Source of the DNA: Obrimoposthia wandeli
Taxonomy: Eukaryota
NCBI GenBank assembly: GCA_977020255.1
Contig: CDROCS010000253.1
Span: forward strand, 124,001 to 188,000
Direction: 5' to 3'
DNA: 64,000 nt
Under the pieces are notes generated by a model, which worked only from the letters and a program-made list of their open reading frames with translations, was not told where the DNA came from and made no database searches. A program made the translations under genes and the position numbers. Positions 49,905 to 60,430 of the stretch are shown here, piece by piece (the stretch's first letter is position 1; every line of letters begins with the position of its first letter).

Positions 49905-50232
49905 AATATCAAATATTGATTGAGTGACTTCAATGAAAGAAATTGGCTTGTAGTCTAAGTAAACCGTTTAGAAATTTTTATAAAGTCCTAAAATGCCTAA
50001 AATACAGTGAAAATTATAGCACCTCTTATTTCTTTATCTAGAAAACAGCTAAATTTAGCCATTAATATTCTCCCTAAGGAAAATAAATGAATACTTCCAT
50101 GACAAAGTAATACCACTAAAGTACATCACCACAGCTAGCTAATCCAAAATTAATTTAACAGTTTGAATTCAGTGATGTTTCATGTAAATTAGCAGTTAAA
50201 ATAGTCGATGTAATAACTAAGGCATCGCCACA

Positions 50233-50742
50233 ATGATCAGCTATTATTTAAACGGAGTTAACGTGAAACCTAAAATTGGCATTCTATTTTTAGTGTTAGC
50301 AGCCTTAATAGCGATGGGAACCGCAGCTGCGCATCTGTCTTGTATCTATTTTGGCCCTGAATGTTACGCCGCCCAAATGGCACCCACACAAATTATCGAG
50401 TCGGCAATTAATGGCACGTATTTAGCGCCAATTGGAACAATATTCGCCTCTGGTATTTTTGTAGTCTTAGGACTTTATGCATTAGCTGGCACTGGCCTTA
50501 CTAATAAAGTAATGAGTAAAGTGTTCGGTAAAGTTATAAATAAACTGCCACTAGTAAGCTATGCAATATATACCATAGCGACGCTTTGTATTATTCGCGG
50601 TCTATTGCCATTACAACTTTGGCTACGTCATCCCGAAAAAGTGAATGATGTTGTTTTTTACGTAGGTATTGTTTGGCTGATTACTGGGCTATTGTATTTA
50701 TTTGGTTATCGTATTTGTGTTAAACAACGCACTTCAATTTAA
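50233..50742 (+). CDS. Hypothetical 4-TM membrane protein
   Basis: Four hydrophobic segments; probable start GTG 50263 (GGAG RBS). Confidence 0.7.
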   Translation: MISYYLNGVNVKPKIGILFLVLAALIAMGTAAAHLSCIYFGPECYAAQMAPTQIIESAINGTYLAPIGTIFASGIFVVLGLYALAGTGLTNKVMSKVFGKVINKLPLVSYAIYTIATLCIIRGLLPLQLWLRHPEKVNDVVFYVGIVWLITGLLYLFGYRICVKQRTSI

Positions 50743-50756
50743 TAAAGTAGAAAATC

Positions 50757-51644
50757 ATGATAAATACTGTATTACAAACAACGCGTCCTTCCTTTCTCGT
50801 GTTAACACTCGCGTGTGTTTTTTTAGGACTTTGCACTTCATTAGCTACAGGTACATCAATAGATATAACATTGTTTGCGCTTATTTTCATTGGGGCGATG
50901 TCTGCTCATATCAGTGTAAATATGCTGAATGAATATCATGACTTTAAAAGTGGTTTAGATTTTAAAACGATAAAAACCTCCTTTAGCGGCGGTAGCGGCG
51001 CGCTGCCCAATAACCCAAAAATTGCTAATATAGTCTTGTTGTTTGGGCTATTAACATTATTTATCACTATCGCTATTGGCATTTACTTTATCAGCACTAT
51101 TGGCGCTACAATCCTGCCGATTGGCTTAGTGGGTTTAGTGATTATTGTTACCTATACCCAATGGCTAAATCGTCTGCCTATATTGTGTTTAATTTCCCCA
51201 GGGTTGGGGTTTGGGTTGCTGATGGTTGTGGGTACGCATATCGTATTAACGTTAGAATATTCATCGCTGGTTTGGCTGGTATCGCTTATCCCATTTTTTC
51301 TAATCAATAACCTGCTTTTGTTAAATCAATATCCTGATATGCAAGCTGATGCCAGTGTCGGGCGTAAGACTTTTCCGTTAGCTTTTGGTATGAAGTCCAG
51401 CAATACAGTTTATGCGCTCTTTATGGTTGCAGCCTATTCATTAATTTTGCTGTATGTTTTGGTTGGCATACTGCCAGCAATAAGTGTTATTGCCTTAATG
51501 CCAATGCCGTTATCCCTTTTTGCATTAGTTGGTGCTATCAAACATAAAGCAAACATCGGCAACTTCCCCCAGCACTTAGGCGCTAATGTCGCAGCCACCA
51601 TAATAACGCCATTTTTATTAGGCATTTCAATACTTATTGGTTGA
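50757..51644 (+). CDS. UbiA-family prenyltransferase, MenA-like
   Basis: TTRP.FL.LT, NMLNEYHDF.SG.D, LLLNQYPD...DA.VGRKT; multiple TMs. Confidence 0.85.
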   Translation: MINTVLQTTRPSFLVLTLACVFLGLCTSLATGTSIDITLFALIFIGAMSAHISVNMLNEYHDFKSGLDFKTIKTSFSGGSGALPNNPKIANIVLLFGLLTLFITIAIGIYFISTIGATILPIGLVGLVIIVTYTQWLNRLPILCLISPGLGFGLLMVVGTHIVLTLEYSSLVWLVSLIPFFLINNLLLLNQYPDMQADASVGRKTFPLAFGMKSSNTVYALFMVAAYSLILLYVLVGILPAISVIALMPMPLSLFALVGAIKHKANIGNFPQHLGANVAATIITPFLLGISILIG

Positions 51645-51680
51645 TCGTCAATTAACATAAAGCGATGTAATGAGTACTAG

Positions 51681-52556
51681 CTAGCGCTTCCAAAACACGT
51701 TTATTAACGCACCTACCATAATTAAGCTACCACCCATAACGGTGGTGGCCATAGGTACTTCACTAAAGTATGCCCAACCAATAAAGACTGAAAACAGTAC
51801 TTGTACGTAGGCATATGCGGTTGCTTTGTTAGCATCAGCGCTATGCAGTGCCTTGGTTAATCCTACCTGCCCTACTTGGGTGAAGATGCCCACTAAAATC
51901 AGTAACCCCGTCGCCGCTAAACTCGGCACAACAAAATCATTGCCCAACATGATCATTGAGATGGGAAAGGCAACCAGTGGAAAATAGAAAATAATAACCG
52001 AGCTGTCATCAGTTTTGGTGAGCTTTTTGATAATGACATAAGCAACAGCACTACCCAAAGCGCCCAGTACACCCGCGCCAATACTAATCCACGGATAATG
52101 CACGCCGCTGTCTAATTGCAAATTCGGCTGAATAATGATGAATAAGCCAAGGAGGCTAATGACGATACAAGCGATGGTCGAGCGCTGTATGGTTTCTTTC
52201 AAAAAATACAACGCCAGCACTGCGGTAAACACCGGATGTAAATATTGTAATACGGTCGCTTCTGCCAAGGGTAAGGTAGTTACGGCATAGTAAACAAACA
52301 TCAGAGCAAACGAGCCAACGGTGCCACGCGCAATGAGTAGCTTTTTATTATGCCCCCACAGTGAAATCTTTTTACGCTTAATATCAGCGTAACTAATAAT
52401 ACCCGACACGATTGCTCTTGCTGCAACAATTTCCAGCACTGGAATACCTAAACCGCTGACCTCTTTTACACAAGCAGCCATTAAGGCAAAACCTAACGCC
52501 GAGATCAACATATACCAAACGCTCATTGGCATTGAATTTTTTATGGTGGTGAACAT
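51681..52556 (-). CDS. DMT/EamA family transporter
   Basis: About 10 TMs in two EamA repeats (LPLAEA....Y..PVF..VLA..FLKE). Confidence 0.9.
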   Translation of the reverse strand: MFTTIKNSMPMSVWYMLISALGFALMAACVKEVSGLGIPVLEIVAARAIVSGIISYADIKRKKISLWGHNKKLLIARGTVGSFALMFVYYAVTTLPLAEATVLQYLHPVFTAVLALYFLKETIQRSTIACIVISLLGLFIIIQPNLQLDSGVHYPWISIGAGVLGALGSAVAYVIIKKLTKTDDSSVIIFYFPLVAFPISMIMLGNDFVVPSLAATGLLILVGIFTQVGQVGLTKALHSADANKATAYAYVQVLFSVFIGWAYFSEVPMATTVMGGSLIMVGALINVFWKR

Positions 52557-52661
52557 TTATTGTTGTACTCGAATAGAGAAGAAATAGGGCTATACCGAAC
52601 GGATTAGTTCGGTGAATAGGCGCTATTCTAACTCATGAAGGAGACTTCTATTACTCTTTAA

Positions 52662-54755
52662 CTAAATAATTTTCATACCTGCGAACAGCGGGGTAATTCT
52701 ATCTCTGATAGCTTGATATCGTTGCTGTTCACATAAGGCAAAACCTGATAATTGTCTTACTTTATTACGGCCAAATAATGGCACTGACATGCCGGCAAAA
52801 AAGCGACAATAGCTTTCAATTGACAATGGTTGATTTATTTTACCGCTAAGTCGCTCGGCTAATTCCGTCATGCCCTGTTTTAAGGCCTCATCACTCGGCC
52901 ATGGAATTTGTGCTTGAGAATGCTCAAGTACTGCCACTTGGCCACGACAAACACTACAGTGACCACATTGTGGGGCTGAGTTGCTGTTAGGACTGGGGTT
53001 AGTGCTCTCTACTCCATTACCGTCAAACCTTGTATCATCAAAACTATTATCATCGAAATAGCGCGCTAAGTTTACCGTTAAGCAAGTATCGAGCTGAAAG
53101 AAGCGTACTAAGGTAGCGATACGTTTTATTTCTTTTTCTTCATTGTCTTTAAAATAGTGACTAAGTGTTTGGCACAAACTCGGATCAGCTAATTCATCAA
53201 GGTTTATTTTAAACACTTCTGTCATGCCTTTGGTTTCAAGCACTATCAATTGTTGTTCTTGCAGGTATTCAAGGGCGGCAATAACACGATTGCGCTCAAT
53301 ACTTTTATCTTTTAATAACGTATCAAAATTTAAACTACCCCACACTTTTTTGAATTCAGTCGCGTTAAAAATACGCAGTAAGAAGTCTTTGCGTTGCTCA
53401 TTAAAGCTATTAACAATATCAGCTTTGGGTTGTAACAGTTTAATTTTAAAATCAGCAAAGTAAGCATATAACGGCTCAATCACGCCAGCGAGCTCTAACT
53501 GTACCAGTAACGTTTTCAGCGGTAATTGTTTAATATTCACAGCATTAGATAGTTGCAGAATTTGCAACTCCCACTTTCCTTCGGATCGGTTGTCACTTAT
53601 GCTACCGTAATCGCTTGTTATGACTTCTGATTTTATCGTGTTTAAAAGCATTTCAATGCCAGTAAACTCCGGCGTATCACCATAAACAAAGTTTTCAACG
53701 GTATTTAAGCCATCAAGGTTTGCTAAGGTAAAACACTGAGAAGGCAGGCCATCTCGCCCTGCACGGCCTATTTCTTGACTGTAGTTTTCTATGGATTTTG
53801 GCAAGTCATAATGGATAACAAAACGTATATCGCTTTTATCAATGCCCATACCAAAGGCAATAGTAGCGACAATGACTTGTATTTTCCCATCCATAAAATC
53901 TTGCTGAATTTGACTACGGGTATCACTGTCAAAACCGGCATGATAGGCACAAGCATTAATACCTTGCTGCTTTAAATATTGCGCGACTGTTTCAGCCGAA
54001 TGTTGCAAGGTAACGTAAACAATACCAGCACCTTGATGCGCCGAAATAATTTGTTCAAGTTGCTTGTTTTTATGGCTTTGAGTAACAGGCAACACACTTA
54101 AATCAAGGTTTGAACGATAAAAACCTGTTTGCACAATATGTTCATCTTGAATAGCAAACTTAGCCGCCATATCTTGTTTTACTTTACGCGTAGCTGTTGC
54201 GGTAAGTAATAATACCAACGAAATTTTTAACGCTTGGCAGTAACTCGGTAGTTTTAAATAATCGGGCCTAAAGTTATGTCCCCATTCAGAAATACAATGC
54301 GCTTCATCAACCACCAACATAGACACAGGTACTGATTCAATAAACTGTCTGAAGCGTTCATTCTTAAAGCGCTCAACTGACACCATCAACACTTTAATAT
54401 TACCATCACGCACACCCGCCATAACGGTTTGCGCTTCGTTGCCTTTTAAGGTCGAATCTATACTTGCCGCCTTAATGCCTTTGCTAGCAAGGAACGACAG
54501 TTGATCTTTCATCAAAGCTAATAAAGGTGATACCACTAACGTTAAGTGCGGTAAATGCAGCGCCGTTAACTGATAACACAAACTTTTACCTGATCCTGTC
54601 GGAAATATAGACAAGCTTGATTGACCATTAAGCAGTTGGGTAATGGTCTGCTCTTGTCCGGGTCGGAAGCCATCGAAGCCGAACGTCTGTTTAAGTGATG
54701 GTAACAGTGTTGATGATTGAACAGTTGCTTTATAGCTAGTCATGGGATCTTTCAC
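52662..54755 (-). CDS. RecQ-family ATP-dependent DNA helicase (short type, no HRDC)
   Basis: FRPGQ, PTGSGKSLCYQL, VDEAHCISEWGHNFRPDY, LTATA, ATIAFGMGIDK, YSQEIGRAGRDG; CGHCSVC zinc site. ATG alternative at 54743. Confidence 0.93.
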   Translation of the reverse strand: MKDPMTSYKATVQSSTLLPSLKQTFGFDGFRPGQEQTITQLLNGQSSLSIFPTGSGKSLCYQLTALHLPHLTLVVSPLLALMKDQLSFLASKGIKAASIDSTLKGNEAQTVMAGVRDGNIKVLMVSVERFKNERFRQFIESVPVSMLVVDEAHCISEWGHNFRPDYLKLPSYCQALKISLVLLLTATATRKVKQDMAAKFAIQDEHIVQTGFYRSNLDLSVLPVTQSHKNKQLEQIISAHQGAGIVYVTLQHSAETVAQYLKQQGINACAYHAGFDSDTRSQIQQDFMDGKIQVIVATIAFGMGIDKSDIRFVIHYDLPKSIENYSQEIGRAGRDGLPSQCFTLANLDGLNTVENFVYGDTPEFTGIEMLLNTIKSEVITSDYGSISDNRSEGKWELQILQLSNAVNIKQLPLKTLLVQLELAGVIEPLYAYFADFKIKLLQPKADIVNSFNEQRKDFLLRIFNATEFKKVWGSLNFDTLLKDKSIERNRVIAALEYLQEQQLIVLETKGMTEVFKINLDELADPSLCQTLSHYFKDNEEKEIKRIATLVRFFQLDTCLTVNLARYFDDNSFDDTRFDGNGVESTNPSPNSNSAPQCGHCSVCRGQVAVLEHSQAQIPWPSDEALKQGMTELAERLSGKINQPLSIESYCRFFAGMSVPLFGRNKVRQLSGFALCEQQRYQAIRDRITPLFAGMKII

Positions 54756-54874
54756 ATTAAAAAATGATCAATAGTTTATGTACTTATCATACCTCGCTTC
54801 ACGTAAAAATGCTTAACTCTTGTCATGAATAATCACTTGAATATCCCCATCAAAAGACAATTTTTAAACTTCAC

Positions 54875-54906
54875 TGTCGATTCAAAGGGTAATAATGTCA
54901 GTTCAA
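54875..54906 (+). promoter_or_regulatory. LytTR-type direct repeat pair upstream of the amidohydrolase
   Basis: TGTCGATTCAA (54875-85) and TGTCAGTTCAA (54896-906), 21-bp period. Confidence 0.55.
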
Positions 54907-55030
54907 GTAAAGCACACCGATAAGATTGTGCTAACACGCTAAATTTACGTTATCAACACGTAAGTGAGGCAAATAAAGCACCACTTTTTTAGTAAAAAAT
55001 ATGATTAATAATAAGAAAAAGGAATTCAAC

Positions 55031-56431
55031 ATGACCAAATTATCACTGACAATAGCAAGTTTATTTGTCAGCTTTACCTGTGTTAATAGCCTAAGCGTTC
55101 AAGCCATTGATTTACGCATAGACAATGTTCGCTTATATCAGCCTGAGCTAAGTAATTTTAGTCAACCCAGTACCCTATATATTGAAGATGGTAAAATCAT
55201 TGAAATTGCCACTAGTAAAACAAAAAGCAAAAAAGCTGATACAGTGGTTAATGTACATAATAGCTTTGCCCTACCCGGATTGATTGATTTACACGTTCAC
55301 CTTGCCGCATCTGGTAGCAACTTCGGTAACGCGTTTCAATACTTACCGGTAAAATCTCATTTTAACGCTAACCTATATTTAGGCGTGACCAGTATTGTCG
55401 ACTTATTTTCATTTGATAAAACACTTAACCAAGCAAAACAATTAATAGCAAAACAAAACTCACCAAACTTATTTTACGCCGGCCTATTATTTACTAATCC
55501 AGGAGGACACGGCACACAATTTGGCCAAACAGCACTAGAAGTTACTAGTTTTGCAGCCATTGGTGCTTTGTGGCAACAACACATGGCTCATAAGCCTCAT
55601 CTAACTAAGGCGGTTATTGAAACCTTTGGCGGCCATCGCGATTCGCTAACAGACAAACAATTGACTGAAATTGGTCGGCGTTCAAAAGTGGCAGGGCTAC
55701 CTTACTTTGTTCATGTGTCTAGCTTGGCTGGCGGTAAACGGGCGATAAAAGCAGGAGCCACCGCATTAGCGCATGGTATATTTACTGAGCTAATAGATGC
55801 TGAATTCATTAATTTAATGGTTAAATACAATGTTGCTTATATTCCAACGCTTGCTGTATCTCAAAATCATAGTGCTGAATATGAAAACCGACACATTAGC
55901 AAAAATTCAGCATTGTTAGCTACGGTGCCCGATAAATTGCAACACTGCTTGTTTGATAAAGTACCAGAGCCTTCAAAATGGCAAAATATCATTTGGAAAA
56001 AAAGACAGCTCGCCTATGAAAATATCCGCATACTTGCAAAGGCGGGTATAACCATTGGAGCTGGCTCTGATGCGGGTAACCCTTATACCTTACACGGTAG
56101 TAGTCTTCATCATGAGTTACTGGCCCTTAGTAAGTCACAGTTAACCGCCGCACAAGTGATTAATGCCGCAACAATAAACGCAGCTAAAATTATTAATGCA
56201 CCAAACCTTGGTCAATTGAAACAAGGTTTCCAAGCAAGCTTTATATTACTCGAACAAAACCCACTTAACGACATAAGCCAGTTAAGTAATATCCAAGCTG
56301 TGTATAAATCAGGACTGAAAGTTGATAGAAAAGCGTTAATTTCTCAAAATAAAAAACTAGTACCGCAAGGTAGTCAGTGTAATACCTATGCCAAGCTGGT
56401 CACTGCCGCTAAAGAAAGTGAGCCAAGGTAA
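55031..56431 (+). CDS. Exported metal-dependent amidohydrolase
   Basis: Signal peptide; PGLIDLHVH (HxH), TALAHG, GAGSDAG, G.L..G..ASFILL..NPL.DI. RBS favours ATG 55031. Confidence 0.88.
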   Translation: MTKLSLTIASLFVSFTCVNSLSVQAIDLRIDNVRLYQPELSNFSQPSTLYIEDGKIIEIATSKTKSKKADTVVNVHNSFALPGLIDLHVHLAASGSNFGNAFQYLPVKSHFNANLYLGVTSIVDLFSFDKTLNQAKQLIAKQNSPNLFYAGLLFTNPGGHGTQFGQTALEVTSFAAIGALWQQHMAHKPHLTKAVIETFGGHRDSLTDKQLTEIGRRSKVAGLPYFVHVSSLAGGKRAIKAGATALAHGIFTELIDAEFINLMVKYNVAYIPTLAVSQNHSAEYENRHISKNSALLATVPDKLQHCLFDKVPEPSKWQNIIWKKRQLAYENIRILAKAGITIGAGSDAGNPYTLHGSSLHHELLALSKSQLTAAQVINAATINAAKIINAPNLGQLKQGFQASFILLEQNPLNDISQLSNIQAVYKSGLKVDRKALISQNKKLVPQGSQCNTYAKLVTAAKESEPR

Positions 56432-56635
56432 ACAGCTTCAAAGTAAGTAACATAAGTTATTTTTAATTTGATAAGCTAGCATCGAACCTTATACAAAATA
56501 ATTAATGTAACGTTACTAAAGGTGTCTAATCCAAGTGTTTAGATACCTAAACTGAAAGACCTTATTTTTGATTACATTCATTCGATAACACTCATCATAT
56601 ACAAGTCAATATTTTTCCATAAAGCAGAGAAAAAC

Positions 56636-57673
56636 ATGTTACGACATCCTTTTTTTAAATACAGTTTTTTTATTCTACTCCTTGTCGATTTGGCTTTTGC
56701 GTTAGGGTTAATCGTTCTCGGTATGGCTTCAATTTCAATAGATAGCCTTATCATAACCACTATTTGGTTTGTGAGCTTTTATTGGTTACCGGTATGGCTT
56801 GCTGCTTTTATTATTTTAACTATCCGCGGTAAGGACATCGAAAATACTTTTATTGAATGGCTGGTTACTGTTTTTTGTCTGACCTTAGGCTCCAGTGCTA
56901 CCAATGAGTTACTACGTTTTGCTTTTGAAAGTAATAACTCATTGGGGAGTTTTGTATTTTTAGGCGGAATTACTTGGGGCACTCCGATTTACTTTATTAC
57001 CCGTTATATTGAAAGCAGGGGGAAAATAGCGCGTGAAAAGCAAGCCAGAAAACAAGCACAGCTGCAAACCTTAAGATATCAACTCAACCCACATTTTATG
57101 TTTAATAGCTTAAATACTATTTCAGCTTATATTCATTCTAACCCTGATTTAGCTGACGAAGTGCTACATGAATTAGCCGACATCCTTCGTTACTCATTAG
57201 ATACAGGCGAAGCGAACAGTGTTACTTTGCAACAAGAAGTTGCCATTATAAATAAGTATTTAAATATAGAAAAAGCACGCTTTGGTGAGCGATTAATCGT
57301 TAACTTTGATATCCCAAATGAGTTACTTAATACGCAAGTGCCTCCTCTTATTTTACAACCTATTGTTGAAAATTCGATTAAACATAACGCCACGCAAACA
57401 GCGCTGAAAATTAGCATTAAAGTAGTCAGAGATAATCAGAAAAATTTAAAGATTATAATCAGCGATAATGGCTCAGGTTTTAGTGAGGAGGTGCTGGCTA
57501 AAGGTTTTGGCGAAGGTGTGGGTATGAAAAATTTACAACTGCGTATGCAGCAGCTACCACAAGGTAAAGTCACTTTAAGTAATTGCCCCAATCGAAATTT
57601 AAATCAAGGTATAAATAAAGAGTCTATGCAAAATAACAAAGGAGCGACAGTGATGGTAGAAATGGCATTATGA
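56636..57673 (+). CDS. LytS/YehU-type membrane sensor histidine kinase
   Basis: TM N-terminus; L.YQLNPHFMFNSLNTI, LQPIVENSIKH, DNGSG, G.G..N. Confidence 0.93.
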   Translation: MLRHPFFKYSFFILLLVDLAFALGLIVLGMASISIDSLIITTIWFVSFYWLPVWLAAFIILTIRGKDIENTFIEWLVTVFCLTLGSSATNELLRFAFESNNSLGSFVFLGGITWGTPIYFITRYIESRGKIAREKQARKQAQLQTLRYQLNPHFMFNSLNTISAYIHSNPDLADEVLHELADILRYSLDTGEANSVTLQQEVAIINKYLNIEKARFGERLIVNFDIPNELLNTQVPPLILQPIVENSIKHNATQTALKISIKVVRDNQKNLKIIISDNGSGFSEEVLAKGFGEGVGMKNLQLRMQQLPQGKVTLSNCPNRNLNQGINKESMQNNKGATVMVEMAL

Positions 57674-58467
57674 GTAATATCATTTCAAATAAAATGCGTG
57701 TGATTTTTGCTGATGATGAAAAACCGGCCAGAGATAAGCTTGCCCATCAATTAAGCCTGATTACTGATATTGAGATAGTTGGCTTTGCCACTACAGGTAA
57801 AGAGGCGGTTGAATTAATTAACACTGCAGAGCCTGACTTAATATTACTCGATATTCAAATGCCAGAAATTAACGGTATGGATTTATTAAGTTTGCTGAAT
57901 TACAAACCCTTAGTTATTTTTACTACCGCTTATGATCAATTTGCTATACAAGCTTTTGAACAATCGTCCACTGATTACTTGCTGAAACCTTTTCCCCTTG
58001 CACGTTTGAAAGCCGCTATTTATAAGGCAAAGAAGCAGTTTTCAAGTGAGTTTCAAACGAATAATAGACAAGAATTGAAGAATAACTCAGTCGACAATCA
58101 AACGACTGACATTGACCTTAACCTTGTTGAACCGATTAAACGTTTAGTTAGTAAAAATGGTGAGCGCATGATTATTATATCGCCAAAAAACTTGTTCTTT
58201 ATTAAATCATCCCAAGGTAACTGTTTAGCTTGGGACGGCAAAAAAAATCACTCTTTATCAGAAACGCTCGATTTTTTAGAACAAGCATTACCACCATCAG
58301 AATTTGTTCGTATTCATCGCAGTTATTTAATTAATGTCGATAAAGTTAAAGAGATTCAACGTTGGTTTAATGGCAAGTTAATGGTGATAATGAACGATGA
58401 AGTAAAAACTGAGCTCAGCACCAGTCGCACTGGTGCTGATAAGCTAAAGCAATTATTAGGTTTGTAG
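57670..58467 (+). CDS. LytTR-family response regulator
   Basis: REC domain (ADDE..A, LLDIQMP..NG, FTTAYD, LLKP) plus LytTR (F.RIHRSY.IN); 4-bp overlap with the kinase. Confidence 0.95.
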   Translation: MSNIISNKMRVIFADDEKPARDKLAHQLSLITDIEIVGFATTGKEAVELINTAEPDLILLDIQMPEINGMDLLSLLNYKPLVIFTTAYDQFAIQAFEQSSTDYLLKPFPLARLKAAIYKAKKQFSSEFQTNNRQELKNNSVDNQTTDIDLNLVEPIKRLVSKNGERMIIISPKNLFFIKSSQGNCLAWDGKKNHSLSETLDFLEQALPPSEFVRIHRSYLINVDKVKEIQRWFNGKLMVIMNDEVKTELSTSRTGADKLKQLLGL

Positions 58468-58494
58468 TTTACCTTACCTTACTTTTTTAAACGA

Positions 58495-60000
58495 TTAAGT
58501 ACCGCAATAGGTATGATAATATTTATCGCCATCAACAGGAGCATCTTGATAGTCTTTAGTATCAGTGATTTCTGTATAAGGTTGTTTCAATACTGCCAAA
58601 AATTTATTTAGCGCCGTTAAATCACCCGTTTCTTGGCAACTATCTAACAGGGCTTCAACATGATGGTTTCTTGGAATAACAACAGGATTAGTGCTCACCA
58701 TTAACGTGTATGCCGCCGCTTTAAATGACTCAATTCGAGTATTCCAACGAGGTAACCATTCATTAAGTACATCAGCTAGCGACTCTTCAATGGCACTACC
58801 GTTAAGTGAATTAGTAAGCGATACAAAAGTTTGCGTGTAATCTAATTTTTTCTCTTTCATAAGAGTAATCAAGTCATTTATCAGTTTACCATCGCCTTCC
58901 GCTAATTCATCTATACCAAGTTTAGCGGCCATCATAGTCACGTAACCTTGTTGGAGATCTTGATGAAATTGGCTTAATAATGGCTCAATTTTCTCTACTG
59001 CATCATCTTCATCGCTATCAACTAACGGTAATAACGTTTCAGCTAGTCGTGTCATATTCCACTGCATAATGCTTATCTGTTTACCAAAAGCATAACGACT
59101 ATTACGATCAATTGAGCTAAAGACAGTCTCTGGGTGATAAGCATTCATCATGGCACAAGGGCCGTAATCTATGGTTTCACCTGAAATAGTGGTATTGTCT
59201 GTATTCATTACCCCATGAATAAAACCAACTCTTAACCATGAAAGTACTAGCGGAATTTGCTTTGATAAAACGGCAGAGAAAAATTCAAGCACTTGTTCAC
59301 TACTAACGTCATTAGTATTGGTTTTATCATCAACTTCTGCGGTGGTAGCTACTTTGGCTTCAACAAGTAATTCTGGAAAGTGACGGTTTATCGCATAATT
59401 TGTCAACGTTTTAAGCGAGTCAGTATCGCCACGTGCCGCAAAATATTGAAAAGTACCGACCCTTATATGACTTGCTGCAACACGTGTAACAACGGCACCT
59501 TCAAAAGGTCGCTCGCGATATACATTTTCACCGGTAGTAACTACCGCTAAACAACGCGTAGTCGGTACACCAAGGGCAAACATAGCTTCACTCATAATAT
59601 ATTCACGCAGGGCTGGACCAAGCGCACAGCGACCATCACCTTGACGTGAAAAGGGACTGACACCTGAGCCTTTAAGCTGAATATCCCAACGTTGTCCCTG
59701 AATATCAGCAATGTCACCTAATAAATGCGCACGACCATCACCAAGCTGCGGATTAAAGTGACCAAACTGATGGCCAGAATAAGCTTGTGCAACTGGCTTG
59801 CTTCCTTCAATCAATTGATTACCTGAGAAATATTGTGCGAGTAGTTCTGCATCATTATTTTTACTAAAAGGAATAGTTAGCGCTTTGGCTAATGGTTCGT
59901 TCCATAAGAATAATGATGGCTGAGCCACAGGCGCAGGTAATGTTTGCTCTGAAAAGCTTGTGCCAAGTGCTTGGTAGTTATTAGACAGGTTTATAGACAT
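58495..60000 (-). CDS. selO: SelO/YdiU family protein adenylyltransferase
   Basis: [10 protein letters not shown]....LGDGRA, QLKGSG...[29 protein letters not shown]. Confidence 0.95.
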   Translation of the reverse strand: MSINLSNNYQALGTSFSEQTLPAPVAQPSLFLWNEPLAKALTIPFSKNNDAELLAQYFSGNQLIEGSKPVAQAYSGHQFGHFNPQLGDGRAHLLGDIADIQGQRWDIQLKGSGVSPFSRQGDGRCALGPALREYIMSEAMFALGVPTTRCLAVVTTGENVYRERPFEGAVVTRVAASHIRVGTFQYFAARGDTDSLKTLTNYAINRHFPELLVEAKVATTAEVDDKTNTNDVSSEQVLEFFSAVLSKQIPLVLSWLRVGFIHGVMNTDNTTISGETIDYGPCAMMNAYHPETVFSSIDRNSRYAFGKQISIMQWNMTRLAETLLPLVDSDEDDAVEKIEPLLSQFHQDLQQGYVTMMAAKLGIDELAEGDGKLINDLITLMKEKKLDYTQTFVSLTNSLNGSAIEESLADVLNEWLPRWNTRIESFKAAAYTLMVSTNPVVIPRNHHVEALLDSCQETGDLTALNKFLAVLKQPYTEITDTKDYQDAPVDGDKYYHTYCGT

Positions 60001-60425
60001 TTATTTCTCTTGGTAAAATTGTTCTTCAATTCGTTGACAAAATTGTACTAGATTTTGATATCTTTTGGCATTTTTAGTAAATTTACTTTCAAAACTATTA
60101 TCAAACTGTACCGAAACAAACTCACATAAATGCGAATAAAAAACGGCGTCAAATGAGGTATACCTATCACCAAAGAAAAAGTTTTTATCTGCCAAAAGCG
60201 TAGACAATGACGCGAAACTCTTATCAGAAATCGCAAGTATCTCTTCTGAGGTGTGTCGACCAATACCTGTCCATGAAGGTTTTTCTTTACCGATTCACGA
60301 ATAATACTGGGTATAAACCAACGCAGTGTCACAAGTAAGCTACCAAAAAAAACGTCATTGATGAACGGCCAACTTTCATCCATCGCCCAACGAGAATAAA
60401 CAAAGCGCAATCAGAGGTGTCGTAA
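60001..60425 (-). pseudogene. 5'-truncated, frameshifted GST-like (metaxin/FAX-type) gene
   Basis: FVYSRW...WP....FF...RE.VKKNLHGQ continues as GIGRH.SEEI....DKSF.SLS.LL.DK.FF.GD....FDA.FY.HL only if one G is restored near 60267. Its stop abuts the selO ATG. Confidence 0.8.
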
Positions 60426-60430
60426 AACAG

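Noticed and set aside
56380-56635. Possible truncation of the amidohydrolase (missing C-terminal domain)
   Set aside because: The catalytic barrel appears complete and I could not see coding remnants after the stop; undecidable without a homolog alignment.
58495-58520. Selenocysteine recoding in SelO
   Set aside because: The gene ends YCGT-TAA; there is no in-frame TGA near the C-terminus.
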